A model generated the notes under the pieces. It was not told where the DNA came from. It saw only the letters and a program-made list of their open reading frames with translations, and did not search any database. A DNA stretch of 63,313 bases, the filler included. It is 5 parts of 5 records of this genome, joined end to end, with 100 filler letters (N's around TTAATTAATTAA, not from the genome) between each part and the next. Parts side by side here need not be neighbours in the genome. Positions count along the whole stretch, not along the records: positions 31,340 to 63,313 come from SRR20825010_3622; 4 more parts are not named here. One strand, given 5' to 3'. The position numbers and the translations under genes are program-made. Below are positions 52,226 through 61,569 of this stretch, piece after piece. How positions within the stretch are numbered: the stretch's first letter is position 1; each line of letters opens with the position of its first letter.

Positions 52226-53784
52226 ACACGACCGAACCGCTCATCCTGGCTATCGACAACGGCACCCAGAGCGTGCGGGCCCTGCTGTTCGACACTCAGG
52301 GCAATCTCGTTGGCAAGGGCAAACAGGAGATTGAACCCTACTTCTCCGAGCAGCCGGGCTGGGCGGAACAACATCCGGAGTATTTTTGGGAAAACCTCGG
52401 TAAAGCGTGCCAACTGCTCTGGAAAAACACCGATGCCTTGCCGGCGCAAGTGGCCGGGGTAACGCTGACCACCCAGCGTGGCACCGTTGTAAATCTGGAC
52501 GAACATGGCAAGCCACTCCGGCCAGCCATCATCTGGCTCGACCAACGTCACGCCCGTGTTGAAGGGCCTGTGCCCGGTTTATGGGGCTGGTTGTTCAAAC
52601 TGCTTCGTCTGGAATCCACCGTTGACCGCTTCCGAGAAAAAACCCAGGCCAACTGGATTGCCCAGAACCAACCCGAGATCTGGGCGGCCACCCGGCATTA
52701 CCTGCTGCTGTCGGGCTACCTGAACTACCGTCTGACAGGCCAGTTCAGAGACTCTGTGGGCAGCCAGGTGGGGTATATCCCGTTCGACTACAAACGCCAC
52801 CAGTGGGCCGGCCAACGTGATTTCAAGTGGCTCACCATGCCCGTTCGCCGTGAGATGTTGCCGGAGCTGGTTAAGCCCGGCGATAAGATCGGCAACCTCA
52901 CCGAAGACGCGGCCAGGCACCTTGGCCTGCCGGCGCCACTGCCAGTGATTGCTGCGGCATCGGACAAGGCCTGCGAAATACTCGGCTCCGGTGGCCTGAC
53001 ACCAGATGTCGGCTGCATGAGCTACGGCACTACCGCTACCATCAACACCACCAGCAAGCGTTACCTGGAACCGGTTCGCATGATGCCGCCCTATCCCTCC
53101 GCCCTGCCCGGTCACTATTCCACCGAGGTGATGATCTACCGGGGCTTCTGGATGGTGAGCTGGTTCAAGCGCGAATTCGGTCTGCGGGAACGGAAACTGG
53201 CGGAGCAGAAAGGCGTGGAGCCGGAAGTCCTGTTTGATGAACTGGTTCGGGCCGTTCCCGCCGGTTCGATGGGGTTGATGCTGCAACCCTACTGGTCACC
53301 CGGGGTTCGCCAGCCGGGGCCGGAAGCCAAGGGCTCCATTATCGGGTTTGGCGACGTCCACACCCGCTCCCACATCTACCGAGCCATACTGGAAGGCTTG
53401 GCCTACGCCCTGCGCGAAGGCAAGGAGCGGATCGAGAAACGCAGTGGCGTCCCTATCCGTAGGCTGAGAGTCGCCGGGGGCGGTTCTCAGAGCGATGCTG
53501 CCATGCAACTGACCGCCGATGTTTTCGGACTGCCCGCAGAACGGCCTCATACCTACGAAACGTCCGGTCTTGGCGCAGCCATCGACGCCGCTGTTGGTCT
53601 GGGGCTTCATCCGGATTTCGAGACGGCGGTGAACGCGATGACCCGAGTGGGCGATGTCTTCCATCCGCAGGCCGACACCCAGAAACTCTACGAGAGCCTG
53701 TATCGTGAGGTGTACCTGAAGATGTACCCCCAGCTTCAGCCGCTGTACCGAAAAATCCGCGATATTACCGGGTATCCCAATTAG
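52222..53784 (+). CDS. FGGY-family carbohydrate kinase
   Basis: AIDNGTQS, WAEQ, IIWLD, RAILEG and GGGSQS; ATGA overlap. Confidence 0.9.
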   Translation: MNTTEPLILAIDNGTQSVRALLFDTQGNLVGKGKQEIEPYFSEQPGWAEQHPEYFWENLGKACQLLWKNTDALPAQVAGVTLTTQRGTVVNLDEHGKPLRPAIIWLDQRHARVEGPVPGLWGWLFKLLRLESTVDRFREKTQANWIAQNQPEIWAATRHYLLLSGYLNYRLTGQFRDSVGSQVGYIPFDYKRHQWAGQRDFKWLTMPVRREMLPELVKPGDKIGNLTEDAARHLGLPAPLPVIAAASDKACEILGSGGLTPDVGCMSYGTTATINTTSKRYLEPVRMMPPYPSALPGHYSTEVMIYRGFWMVSWFKREFGLRERKLAEQKGVEPEVLFDELVRAVPAGSMGLMLQPYWSPGVRQPGPEAKGSIIGFGDVHTRSHIYRAILEGLAYALREGKERIEKRSGVPIRRLRVAGGGSQSDAAMQLTADVFGLPAERPHTYETSGLGAAIDAAVGLGLHPDFETAVNAMTRVGDVFHPQADTQKLYESLYREVYLKMYPQLQPLYRKIRDITGYPN

Positions 53785-53893
53785 CGCGAGAAACCGAACA
53801 ATCTCTTGAATTTAGCCGTCACTCCGGTAAAACTCTGGATCAGTCACAACAACAATCACTCGGTTCCACCCCCAGAGCACAAAGGCAAGCCCG

Positions 53894-54736
53894 ATGTCGG
53901 CCTTAGACTACCTCGTACCCTATGACTTCTCGCCGCTCACCATATTGAGTTTCGTGCTCGTTCTGGCGTTATACGGGTACGGCCTGGTCAGGATGCCTGC
54001 TGACGACCGGCCCGGAAGCGGTCGGATACTGGTGTTTGTGGTGGGCGTTATGCTTTGCTACGGCGTGATGCAGACCCGTTTCGATTACTACTCCCAGTAC
54101 ATGTTCTTTGTTCACCGGGGCCAGCATCTGATACTGCACCACCTTGGGCCGATCCTGATTGCCCTGTCTAACCCCCTTCCGGTGATGCGTTTCCTCTACA
54201 GCCTGATCAATCCCGGCGTACGGCGAGCGCTAATACCGCTGGGGTGGATTTACCGTTTTCTCCAGCACCCGGCGATTGCCTCATTCCTGTTTGTGGGGCT
54301 GATCTACTTCTGGCTGTGGCCGCCAATCCACTTCGACGCCATGCTCAGCCGGGATCTGTACTGGATCATGAACTGGAGCATGCTACTGGACGGTATGCTG
54401 TTCTGGTGGTTGATCTTTGACCCACGTTCACCCGTCATCAGCGACGCTCTGGGCTACGGCAAACGCATCCTTCTTCTGGCCCTGGTTGCCATCCCCCAGA
54501 TGATTCTGGGCGCCACCATCGTGTTCTCAAGGGGCATGGTGTACGACGTGTACGAAGTCTGCGGTCGTGCCTGGCCAATGCCGCCAGAAACGGACCAGTT
54601 GCTGGGCGGATTGCTGACCTGGATTCCCCCGGCGATGATGAGCATTCTCGGCATTCTGATTATCCTTCGACGTGCCATGCGTGAAGATGGCAAGGTGTCG
54701 CCCTATAACGAAAAGCTGAAGGCCAGCCATTCATGA
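53894..54736 (+). CDS. Cytochrome c oxidase assembly factor (Caa3 CtaG-type)
   Basis: FFVHRGQHLILHH, multiple TM segments and DQLLGGLLTWIP. Confidence 0.82.
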   Translation: MSALDYLVPYDFSPLTILSFVLVLALYGYGLVRMPADDRPGSGRILVFVVGVMLCYGVMQTRFDYYSQYMFFVHRGQHLILHHLGPILIALSNPLPVMRFLYSLINPGVRRALIPLGWIYRFLQHPAIASFLFVGLIYFWLWPPIHFDAMLSRDLYWIMNWSMLLDGMLFWWLIFDPRSPVISDALGYGKRILLLALVAIPQMILGATIVFSRGMVYDVYEVCGRAWPMPPETDQLLGGLLTWIPPAMMSILGILIILRRAMREDGKVSPYNEKLKASHS

Positions 54737-55350
54737 AAAACCGGTTCCTACCCTGCAGTCATAAAGCGATCTCTACCATGGCACTTTTGGCGTCCCTGGT
54801 GATGCTCGGTGGGTGCTTTGGCGACGATGAAAACTGGAATGGCAAAGACATCAGCGGCCTGATGCCGGAACTTGCCTTCGAGCTGACTGGCACCTCCGGC
54901 GACACGGTGACGGCCGAGCAAACCGACGGCAATATCCGGCTGCTTTTCTTCGGCTTCACCTCCTGCCCTGATATCTGCCCCGCCACACTCCAGAAGTTGT
55001 CCAGAGCGGTGAAAGATTTACCGGAAGCGTTGCGGACGGACACGCAGATTGTCTTTGTCAGCGTGGACCCGCAACGGGACACCCCAGAACGCATCGACAG
55101 CTACGTAAGCTTTTTCAGCGACCGGGCCATCGGCCTGACCGGCGAGGAACCGGCGCTCAGGGAACTCAGTAAGCGTTACCGCACCACCTTTGGTTACGAC
55201 GAGCCAGATGCGGAAGGCAACTACAACGTCTCGCACAGCGGTGCCGTGTATGTGTTCGATCGCGAAGGCAAGGCTCGCCTGTTGATCCGTCCAGAGCTGA
55301 GTGTGGAGGATATCCGTACGGATTTGGTGGCGTTGGCTGAGGAAAGCTAA
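54733..55350 (+). CDS. SCO1/SenC copper chaperone lipoprotein
   Basis: Lipobox LGGC, FTSCPDIC, VDPQRD and SHS. Confidence 0.92.
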   Translation: MKNRFLPCSHKAISTMALLASLVMLGGCFGDDENWNGKDISGLMPELAFELTGTSGDTVTAEQTDGNIRLLFFGFTSCPDICPATLQKLSRAVKDLPEALRTDTQIVFVSVDPQRDTPERIDSYVSFFSDRAIGLTGEEPALRELSKRYRTTFGYDEPDAEGNYNVSHSGAVYVFDREGKARLLIRPELSVEDIRTDLVALAEES

Positions 55351-55362
55351 CGCAACACCAGA

Positions 55363-56586
55363 TCACGAGACTATGCCGCGCTCCCTTAGGCTCTCTATTT
55401 CGCCAGAAGAGAGGCCAACAATAGTCTCAAGGACTTGTTTTGACTGTTCCCCCAACAGCGGAGGCGCCGTCCTGTAACTTACCGGTGTCAGCTTCAGCCT
55501 GATCGGATTGCCAACCGTCGGGACATCGCCCAGCGATGGATGTTGAACAGACTGTTTCATTCCCCGCGCAAGAACCTGTGGATCCTCAAATACCTGATCC
55601 AGGGTGTTAACCGGCCCACAGGGCACCCCTGAACGCTCCAGAATCTGCACCCATTCCTGGGTTGACCGCATCACCGTGGCCTGCCGCAGCCTGGGAATCA
55701 ATTCCTTTCGATTCGCCACGCGAGCCCGATTTGTCGCAAAACGCTCATCGCTCGCCCACTCCGGATGCCCGAGCACATCGCACAAGCGGGAGAACTGCTC
55801 ATCGTTACCGACCGTTAGCACCATGTTGCCGTCTGCGGTAGGGAAATCCTGATAAGGGACGATATTGGGATGGGCATTACCCATCCGCCCTGGCGCCTTG
55901 CCCGTAGTCAGGTAATTCATGGCCTGATTCGCCAGACAGGCTACCTGCACATCCAGCAGCGCCGCCTCCACATACTGCCCCTCTCCCGTACGGTCACGGT
56001 GACTGAGCGCAGCGAGCACACCAATGGTGGCATACAGCCCGGTCATGATGTCTGTCAGTGCTACACCGACCTTCATTGGCCCGGCGCCGGGCTCGCCGTC
56101 CGGTTGCCCGGTGATGCTCATAAGCCCGCCCATGGCCTGGATCAGGAAATCATATCCGGGCCGATTCGCGTAAGGGCCATCCTGGCCAAATCCGGTGATC
56201 GAGCAGTAGATGAGTTTGGGGTTGATACGTTTCAGGCTGTCGTAATCCAGGCCATAACGTTTGAGGCCCCCGACCTTGAAGTTTTCAAGGATGACGTCCG
56301 ACTCTGCGACCAGTTTTCGGATCAGTTCCTGCCCTTCGGGATGGGCGATATCGACCGCAAGGGACTGCTTGTTTCGATTGGCGGTCAGGAAGTAGGCAGA
56401 GAGATCTGCATTACCATCAGCCCCCTGCAGATATGGTGGCCCCCAGGAGCGGGTGTCGTCCCCGGATTTTGGGCGCTCAATTTTGATAACCTCTGCGCCG
56501 AGATCCCCAAGGATCTGCCCTGCCCAGGGACCAGCCAGCACTCTGGAGAGATCCAGGACACGCAAGTGAGATAGGGCACCAGTCAT
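55363..56586 (-). CDS. CaiB/BaiF class III CoA transferase
   Basis: LDLSRVLAGP, GDDTR, NRNK, ENF and GYD. Confidence 0.93.
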   Translation of the reverse strand: MTGALSHLRVLDLSRVLAGPWAGQILGDLGAEVIKIERPKSGDDTRSWGPPYLQGADGNADLSAYFLTANRNKQSLAVDIAHPEGQELIRKLVAESDVILENFKVGGLKRYGLDYDSLKRINPKLIYCSITGFGQDGPYANRPGYDFLIQAMGGLMSITGQPDGEPGAGPMKVGVALTDIMTGLYATIGVLAALSHRDRTGEGQYVEAALLDVQVACLANQAMNYLTTGKAPGRMGNAHPNIVPYQDFPTADGNMVLTVGNDEQFSRLCDVLGHPEWASDERFATNRARVANRKELIPRLRQATVMRSTQEWVQILERSGVPCGPVNTLDQVFEDPQVLARGMKQSVQHPSLGDVPTVGNPIRLKLTPVSYRTAPPLLGEQSKQVLETIVGLSSGEIESLRERGIVS

Positions 56587-56617
56587 TTAATTCTCCTTTA
56601 CTCAATCAATTTAGCTC

Positions 56618-57244
56618 CTATCCCCCCTCATACTCCCGGACCAGTGCCTCCAGAAAATAGAGACCAGCGGAGCTCAAAAAGCAGCGATCAGCTCCGGCGC
56701 GAAACAGCAGATTGCGTTTATCCAGATAATCCAGGGCTTCCGGCACCCCTTTTTCAAAGCGTGCCGCCCTGAGAATCTCCTGATACTCCTCATCGCCCGC
56801 CAACGCCGCCAGGTCCTGCTCATTCAATCCGGCATCGGGCCGGCCAAGGTATTCGAGGTCTCGACCGCTGCGCGCGAAATAACGCCCGATCAGCAGCAAG
56901 ATCACCTGCACCCGGAAGGCGTTCTCATCGTGCTCTTCGTTCTCTTCGTCACTGCTTTCCTTGAGAAAGAAAAACGCGCCGCGTTCGTTAAACACCAGCT
57001 CGCTGCCCAAGTGCTCGTAGAATGTCCGGAAATGGGACAGGTGGTTGTACAGCAAGTTGTAGAGCGGATTCGCCCGCAGCTCGGAGCGGTTGCTGTCCCA
57101 CACATCCCGCACAATCACCCGGCCGGCCTGAAATTCCCGGTAGATCGCGGCGCTGTGGGCCGGCAGGATCTGCTCGAAGCTGCTCGAACTTTGGGACTGG
57201 TCCGGGGATTCGGTGGTGTCTATCGCGTCAGAGAATTTAGGCAT
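56618..57244 (-). CDS. mksE: MksE/JetB-like KITE subunit
   Basis: About 208 aa with tandem winged-helix-like character (FYEHLGSELVFN..FFFL; LDYLDKRNLLF); 8-bp overlap with the upstream gene; assignment rests on operon context. Confidence 0.72.
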   Translation of the reverse strand: MPKFSDAIDTTESPDQSQSSSSFEQILPAHSAAIYREFQAGRVIVRDVWDSNRSELRANPLYNLLYNHLSHFRTFYEHLGSELVFNERGAFFFLKESSDEENEEHDENAFRVQVILLLIGRYFARSGRDLEYLGRPDAGLNEQDLAALAGDEEYQEILRAARFEKGVPEALDYLDKRNLLFRAGADRCFLSSAGLYFLEALVREYEGG

Positions 57245-58637
57245 GGTGTTGCTCCAGGCGGCGCTTTCGGTAGACAAACTGTTCGCTGTCGGATGACTGG
57301 TCCAGGATTCGGAAACGGTTGGTGGTCACCACTTGCAGTCCCTCCGGTGGCGAATTGACCAGCCGGTTCAGGGCTGCCAATAAGTCCGGAAAGCGATAAC
57401 CGGGGATAAAACCGTCCAGGCGGCCGTGCAGCTCCCGCACAAGGTCCGTGGTGGGGCGCAGTTCGAGGGTTTCCAGCCATTGATACAGCTGGTTGATACG
57501 CTGAACATCAATCCGGGTATGGCGGCCGCTGCCGTCCACGGCTGCCAGAACCGGTGCCTCGGCTTTGCGACGAAGATCGTTCAGGCGCAAGTCCAGCTCG
57601 CTGAACAACAACTGGTAGTAGCTGGACGATTCACCGAAAGCGTAATGCTTCGGGCGCTGCTGGGCCCGCAGGCCAACAAGGAAACCGGTGCTGCGGGCAA
57701 AATCCCCGCCTTCCAGCCATTTCCGTTTCAGGCTGAGGGTCTCGGTTTCGCCCTTGAGTTCCCGCAGTTTGCCGTAGAAATGCTCCATGGCGTTGTACTG
57801 AACCATGCCCTGGCGGGTCTTGCGCAGGAAGTGCTCCACTTCCTGGGCCACCGCCTGAATGGGTTTGTACAAAGCGTTGAGGCTGATGGAGGAGCGGAAC
57901 AACTGGTCCGCCAGGCTCTGGTCGTCGTGGGTTTCCAGCAGCCGGACGATGGCTTCCAGGGTCTCGAAAAGGTTACTGCCGTCGGGCAGTCGCGTATCCG
58001 GATTCAGGAACACCAGGGTCGGTTTGATGTGGCGCTCGTACAGGGTCACGATCTGCTCGAACAGGTTCTGGCGGAACTCCAGGTATTTCTCCGGCGCCCG
58101 GCTAGCGTCGCCGGACAGGTCCGCAAGTTGCGCACTGATCGTCTGCATGCGCAGCACATTCTGGCGCAACAATCCGATGAGCTGACTGACCCGCTCGTTC
58201 AGATCGTCCCGCAGTTCGGTGTAGTCCGGGTCCGCATCGCTGAAGCTGCTGGTTTCCAGGCGATTACGCACATCGCGCAAGGTCACCAGATGTCCTCTGA
58301 GCCTGGCATCGGTCAGTTCCTGATACAGCGAGGCGTTGCAGGCCCGCATCAAGTTGATCAGGGCATCCTGGAACACCAGTCGCCGCTCACCCTCGGCCTT
58401 GATGATGTCAATCACCAGGCCGCTGCGGAACAGGTTGTCAGTGTTCAGCGCCAGCCGCACCCGATCCCGGTCGGCCTTGCCGAGGGTTTGGGTGTAGTCC
58501 ATCACCTCGGCCACCAGGTCGCTCTCGCGAATATACCGGGCCTCGTTCCGATCCATCCGCTCAATCATCCGGAACAGAATCTTCGGGTGCTCGAACAACA
58601 GCCGGGTGGTGTCCAAGGTGCTGAAGCGCTTACTCAT
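57237..58637 (-). CDS. mksF: MksF/JetA-like kleisin subunit
   Basis: About 466 aa, helical, with N-terminal wHTH-like region (NLFRSGLVID); coupled between the SMC and KITE genes. Assigned by size and context. Confidence 0.65.
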   Translation of the reverse strand: MSKRFSTLDTTRLLFEHPKILFRMIERMDRNEARYIRESDLVAEVMDYTQTLGKADRDRVRLALNTDNLFRSGLVIDIIKAEGERRLVFQDALINLMRACNASLYQELTDARLRGHLVTLRDVRNRLETSSFSDADPDYTELRDDLNERVSQLIGLLRQNVLRMQTISAQLADLSGDASRAPEKYLEFRQNLFEQIVTLYERHIKPTLVFLNPDTRLPDGSNLFETLEAIVRLLETHDDQSLADQLFRSSISLNALYKPIQAVAQEVEHFLRKTRQGMVQYNAMEHFYGKLRELKGETETLSLKRKWLEGGDFARSTGFLVGLRAQQRPKHYAFGESSSYYQLLFSELDLRLNDLRRKAEAPVLAAVDGSGRHTRIDVQRINQLYQWLETLELRPTTDLVRELHGRLDGFIPGYRFPDLLAALNRLVNSPPEGLQVVTTNRFRILDQSSDSEQFVYRKRRLEQHHA

Positions 58638-61569
58638 CCGCCGGCTCCAGCAGGCTGTTCTGGGTCTGGTCACCCCAGTGGCTGAGCGATTCGCCGTTGG
58701 TGAACCCCTCGGCCCCGCCCCAGAACACCAGGGTGCGCTGCGGGCTGTAAGGCCTTGCCGTGCGCATCTGCCCTACTTCCAGGTGCCGGCCAATCAGATA
58801 AATCACTTCCGCACTGGCACTGTGGGTGGCGGCTGAGAACAGATTGAAGCCCTGGTTGCGCAACCGTTCCAGCAGCGAAGGCATCTGGCTAATGTCCACA
58901 CTGGCCAGCTCGTCCAGCACCATGGGGAACGACAGCTGCACGCCGGGATACAGCACCCGTTTCAGCAGCCGGTACACCAGTTCCAGATTGATCAGCGCTG
59001 TGGTGGAGGTAGACTGGCCCTTCTTGTCCAGGTTCGCGGCGTTCTCCTTGCGGGTGCGGTAGGAAATGCCGGTGATCACCCGGTCCATGGTCAGCCGCTT
59101 GCTGCCGCCCTCCCCGAAAAAGTCCGCCACAAAAACCCGCAAACGATCATAGAACGCATCGGACTGCAGCTGGTTGCCATAAGGGTCGATGTTATTGGCT
59201 TCTTCCACCAGATTGCGGAATTTCGGATCGGTGTGAATATCCACCCGGATTTCCACCAGATCGTTGATGCGAACGCCGTCCAGTTCCCGGTTAAGCTGTG
59301 CCTCGAAACGGGCAATGTGCTCGTGGTTGGATTTTAGGGCCTGGCGGTAGCTGGCCACGGTTTCGTTGTGAATACCGACCTGCTGTTCGAGCACATTCCA
59401 GCGCTCGGCCATGCCGGCAAACAGGTCCGACAGGCTCTTGAAGGTCTCACGGATAACCGATGACGCCGGGCCGTCTTTCTGCAACTCACCTTCGGCATCG
59501 TCATGGATGCCCAGATACACGAACTGACGAAGGTGATCGAGGATGTTGCGGCGGCGCTCTTCCAGGTCGTCCAGTTGGGTTTGCAGATCGTCAAACGCCG
59601 CAACGGACACCTTTTCCATGTCCAGCGGCTGCTCCGCTTCCACGGTCTTCAGATGCGGGAAACGATGCTCCACGGTGCCCACGCTGCGGCTGAGGCCAGC
59701 CAGTTCCCGTTCCCGCTCTTCGATACGTTCCTTCTCGGCCCTGGCTTTGGCGGCCTTCTGCTGCACCGCATCCTGCTTTTCCTGCTCCAGCCGCACCTGT
59801 TCTTCCAGCTTGGCCAACTGTTCTTCCGCCGCCTGCTTTTCCTCGGTGGCGTCCCGCAGGGTGGTCGCGGCCGCCGGGTAACGGCTCAGGGTATCCAGGT
59901 CTTTCTCGATGGAACGGATTTCTTTCTCCGTGCGCTCGATCAGCCGGGGCCGGTCATGTTCCTGGTTGGCGGTGTCCGCCAATTCCGAGCGCTCCTTTTC
60001 AAGGCCGTGTAGCTCGCCCTCAATATGCTGGCGTTGCTCGGTGAAGTTGGTTTGGCGAGCCGGCTGGGCCGGGTATTCGGCGTCGAACCAGTCGAAGCCC
60101 TTGTCATTGGGCACAAACAGCCGGGCAAAGGCTTCGATGGCGGCCTTGCTGTCGGCATCCAGATCCTGCCCGGGGCTGGCCATCACCAGACGGGCATCCA
60201 CCGCCCGAAGTGGCGCGGCGGTGGCTTCATCCAACTGGTTCTGTAGTTGCCATTGCTGCTTGCTCTCGCGCTCCTTCAGGGCATCCAGCTTCCGGGTCAG
60301 ATCCTGCTTCTGCCGCTGTAACTGCTCCAGCCGGATTTCTGCCTGGGCGGCGCTCTTCAAGGCGGCCAAGTGCCCTTTTTTGCTCTCGAGTTCCTCCTTC
60401 TGGATGTCCTCGATTTCCTGCAGGGTCATCTCGCCGTACTGGGACACCAGAAGGTCACCGTCTTTCTGGCTTTGCTCGGCCTGCTTGATGCGACGGTCGG
60501 CGGAACGGATCTCGCCTTTGAGGCCACTCTCCTCCTGCTCCAGTTTTTTCAGGGCCTGCAGCACATGGCGCAGGGTGTCATTCTGTTCATTGAACATGGC
60601 CACGGCAGCTGTGCGCTTCGCGGCAATGTCCTGCAAGGCATTCGTCACGCCATCCCGGAAAGCGGCGAAGTCATGCTGGCTGCTGAGCAGGGTCTGGTAG
60701 GCCTGGTAATCCCGGTACAGTTTCTCGAACCGCGAGCGCTCTTTTTCGATCCGGTTCAGTTGGGTCTGCTGCTGTTTCAACTGATCGTGGCGATTGAGGA
60801 ACTCGTCGATGTTGAAATCAAAGGCATCATCGGCAAACTTCTTGTCCGCCTCTATGATGCTGGCCACCGCATTGGCCATGGCCTGGTCATCGGCCTTCAT
60901 CTCGAACAACAGCAGGATCAGCGTACGCAACGACTGCACCCGCCGCTCGTCGGACTCACCCAGCGGCAGCACGGAATAGCGCACGGCATCCGCGTTCATC
61001 AGCTCGCTGCTGTAGAGCATAGATTTCAATTTAGCCGGGTCATTCACCAGCCGGGTCTCTTTGGAGAGCTTCTTCAGGGTTTCCGACAACCGGCTGAACG
61101 ACAGCTCCGGCACCGCCTTGCCAATGCCATCCTCACCCTCACCGTTCCAGAACAGAGACCGCAATTGATCATAGCTGACCGGCACAAAGGCGCGACCGTA
61201 GCTAAGCTGGCTGGCGCTGTCCCGGTACAGAATCTGGCAATGCACCCCGGCCGGGTTCTCAGCCTCCATGATCAGGAAACTGAAATGGCTGGGGAAATAA
61301 TGCTGGTAGCTTTCTTCATTGCTGTAAAAGCTGCCGGCACTGGCGTTGCGGAAAGCAAACTTCTTGCGACTGTTCTTGAAGTTGTTTTCTGGCAACAGAA
61401 ACAGGCGCAGGGAGTTCAGCAGACTGGACTTGCCCAGATTGCCCGGGCCCAGAATCAGCCCGTGGTTGTCCACCGGAATTTCCACGTAACAGAAGCCCGC
61501 CGAGTCCACCAACACCAATCGGCGGATGCCAAAATTGAAATTGCCCGGGCTCCCCTGGGAGTCACTCAT
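58630..61569 (-). CDS. mksB: SMC-like ATPase (MksB/JetC type)
   Basis: Walker A GPGNLGKSS, long coiled coils, degenerate signature GQSTST, Walker B MVLDELASVD and H-loop AATH. Confidence 0.88.
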   Translation of the reverse strand: MSDSQGSPGNFNFGIRRLVLVDSAGFCYVEIPVDNHGLILGPGNLGKSSLLNSLRLFLLPENNFKNSRKKFAFRNASAGSFYSNEESYQHYFPSHFSFLIMEAENPAGVHCQILYRDSASQLSYGRAFVPVSYDQLRSLFWNGEGEDGIGKAVPELSFSRLSETLKKLSKETRLVNDPAKLKSMLYSSELMNADAVRYSVLPLGESDERRVQSLRTLILLLFEMKADDQAMANAVASIIEADKKFADDAFDFNIDEFLNRHDQLKQQQTQLNRIEKERSRFEKLYRDYQAYQTLLSSQHDFAAFRDGVTNALQDIAAKRTAAVAMFNEQNDTLRHVLQALKKLEQEESGLKGEIRSADRRIKQAEQSQKDGDLLVSQYGEMTLQEIEDIQKEELESKKGHLAALKSAAQAEIRLEQLQRQKQDLTRKLDALKERESKQQWQLQNQLDEATAAPLRAVDARLVMASPGQDLDADSKAAIEAFARLFVPNDKGFDWFDAEYPAQPARQTNFTEQRQHIEGELHGLEKERSELADTANQEHDRPRLIERTEKEIRSIEKDLDTLSRYPAAATTLRDATEEKQAAEEQLAKLEEQVRLEQEKQDAVQQKAAKARAEKERIEERERELAGLSRSVGTVEHRFPHLKTVEAEQPLDMEKVSVAAFDDLQTQLDDLEERRRNILDHLRQFVYLGIHDDAEGELQKDGPASSVIRETFKSLSDLFAGMAERWNVLEQQVGIHNETVASYRQALKSNHEHIARFEAQLNRELDGVRINDLVEIRVDIHTDPKFRNLVEEANNIDPYGNQLQSDAFYDRLRVFVADFFGEGGSKRLTMDRVITGISYRTRKENAANLDKKGQSTSTTALINLELVYRLLKRVLYPGVQLSFPMVLDELASVDISQMPSLLERLRNQGFNLFSAATHSASAEVIYLIGRHLEVGQMRTARPYSPQRTLVFWGGAEGFTNGESLSHWGDQTQNSLLEPADE

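Noticed and set aside
53848-53855. AACAACAA Hfq/Crc-type motif upstream of the ctaG-like gene
   Set aside because: A single short motif about 40 nt from the start codon; too weak alone.
55460-55467. GGAGGCGC match to the tRNA 3' end as a possible att site
   Set aside because: Only 8 bp, inside the CaiB coding region, expected by chance.
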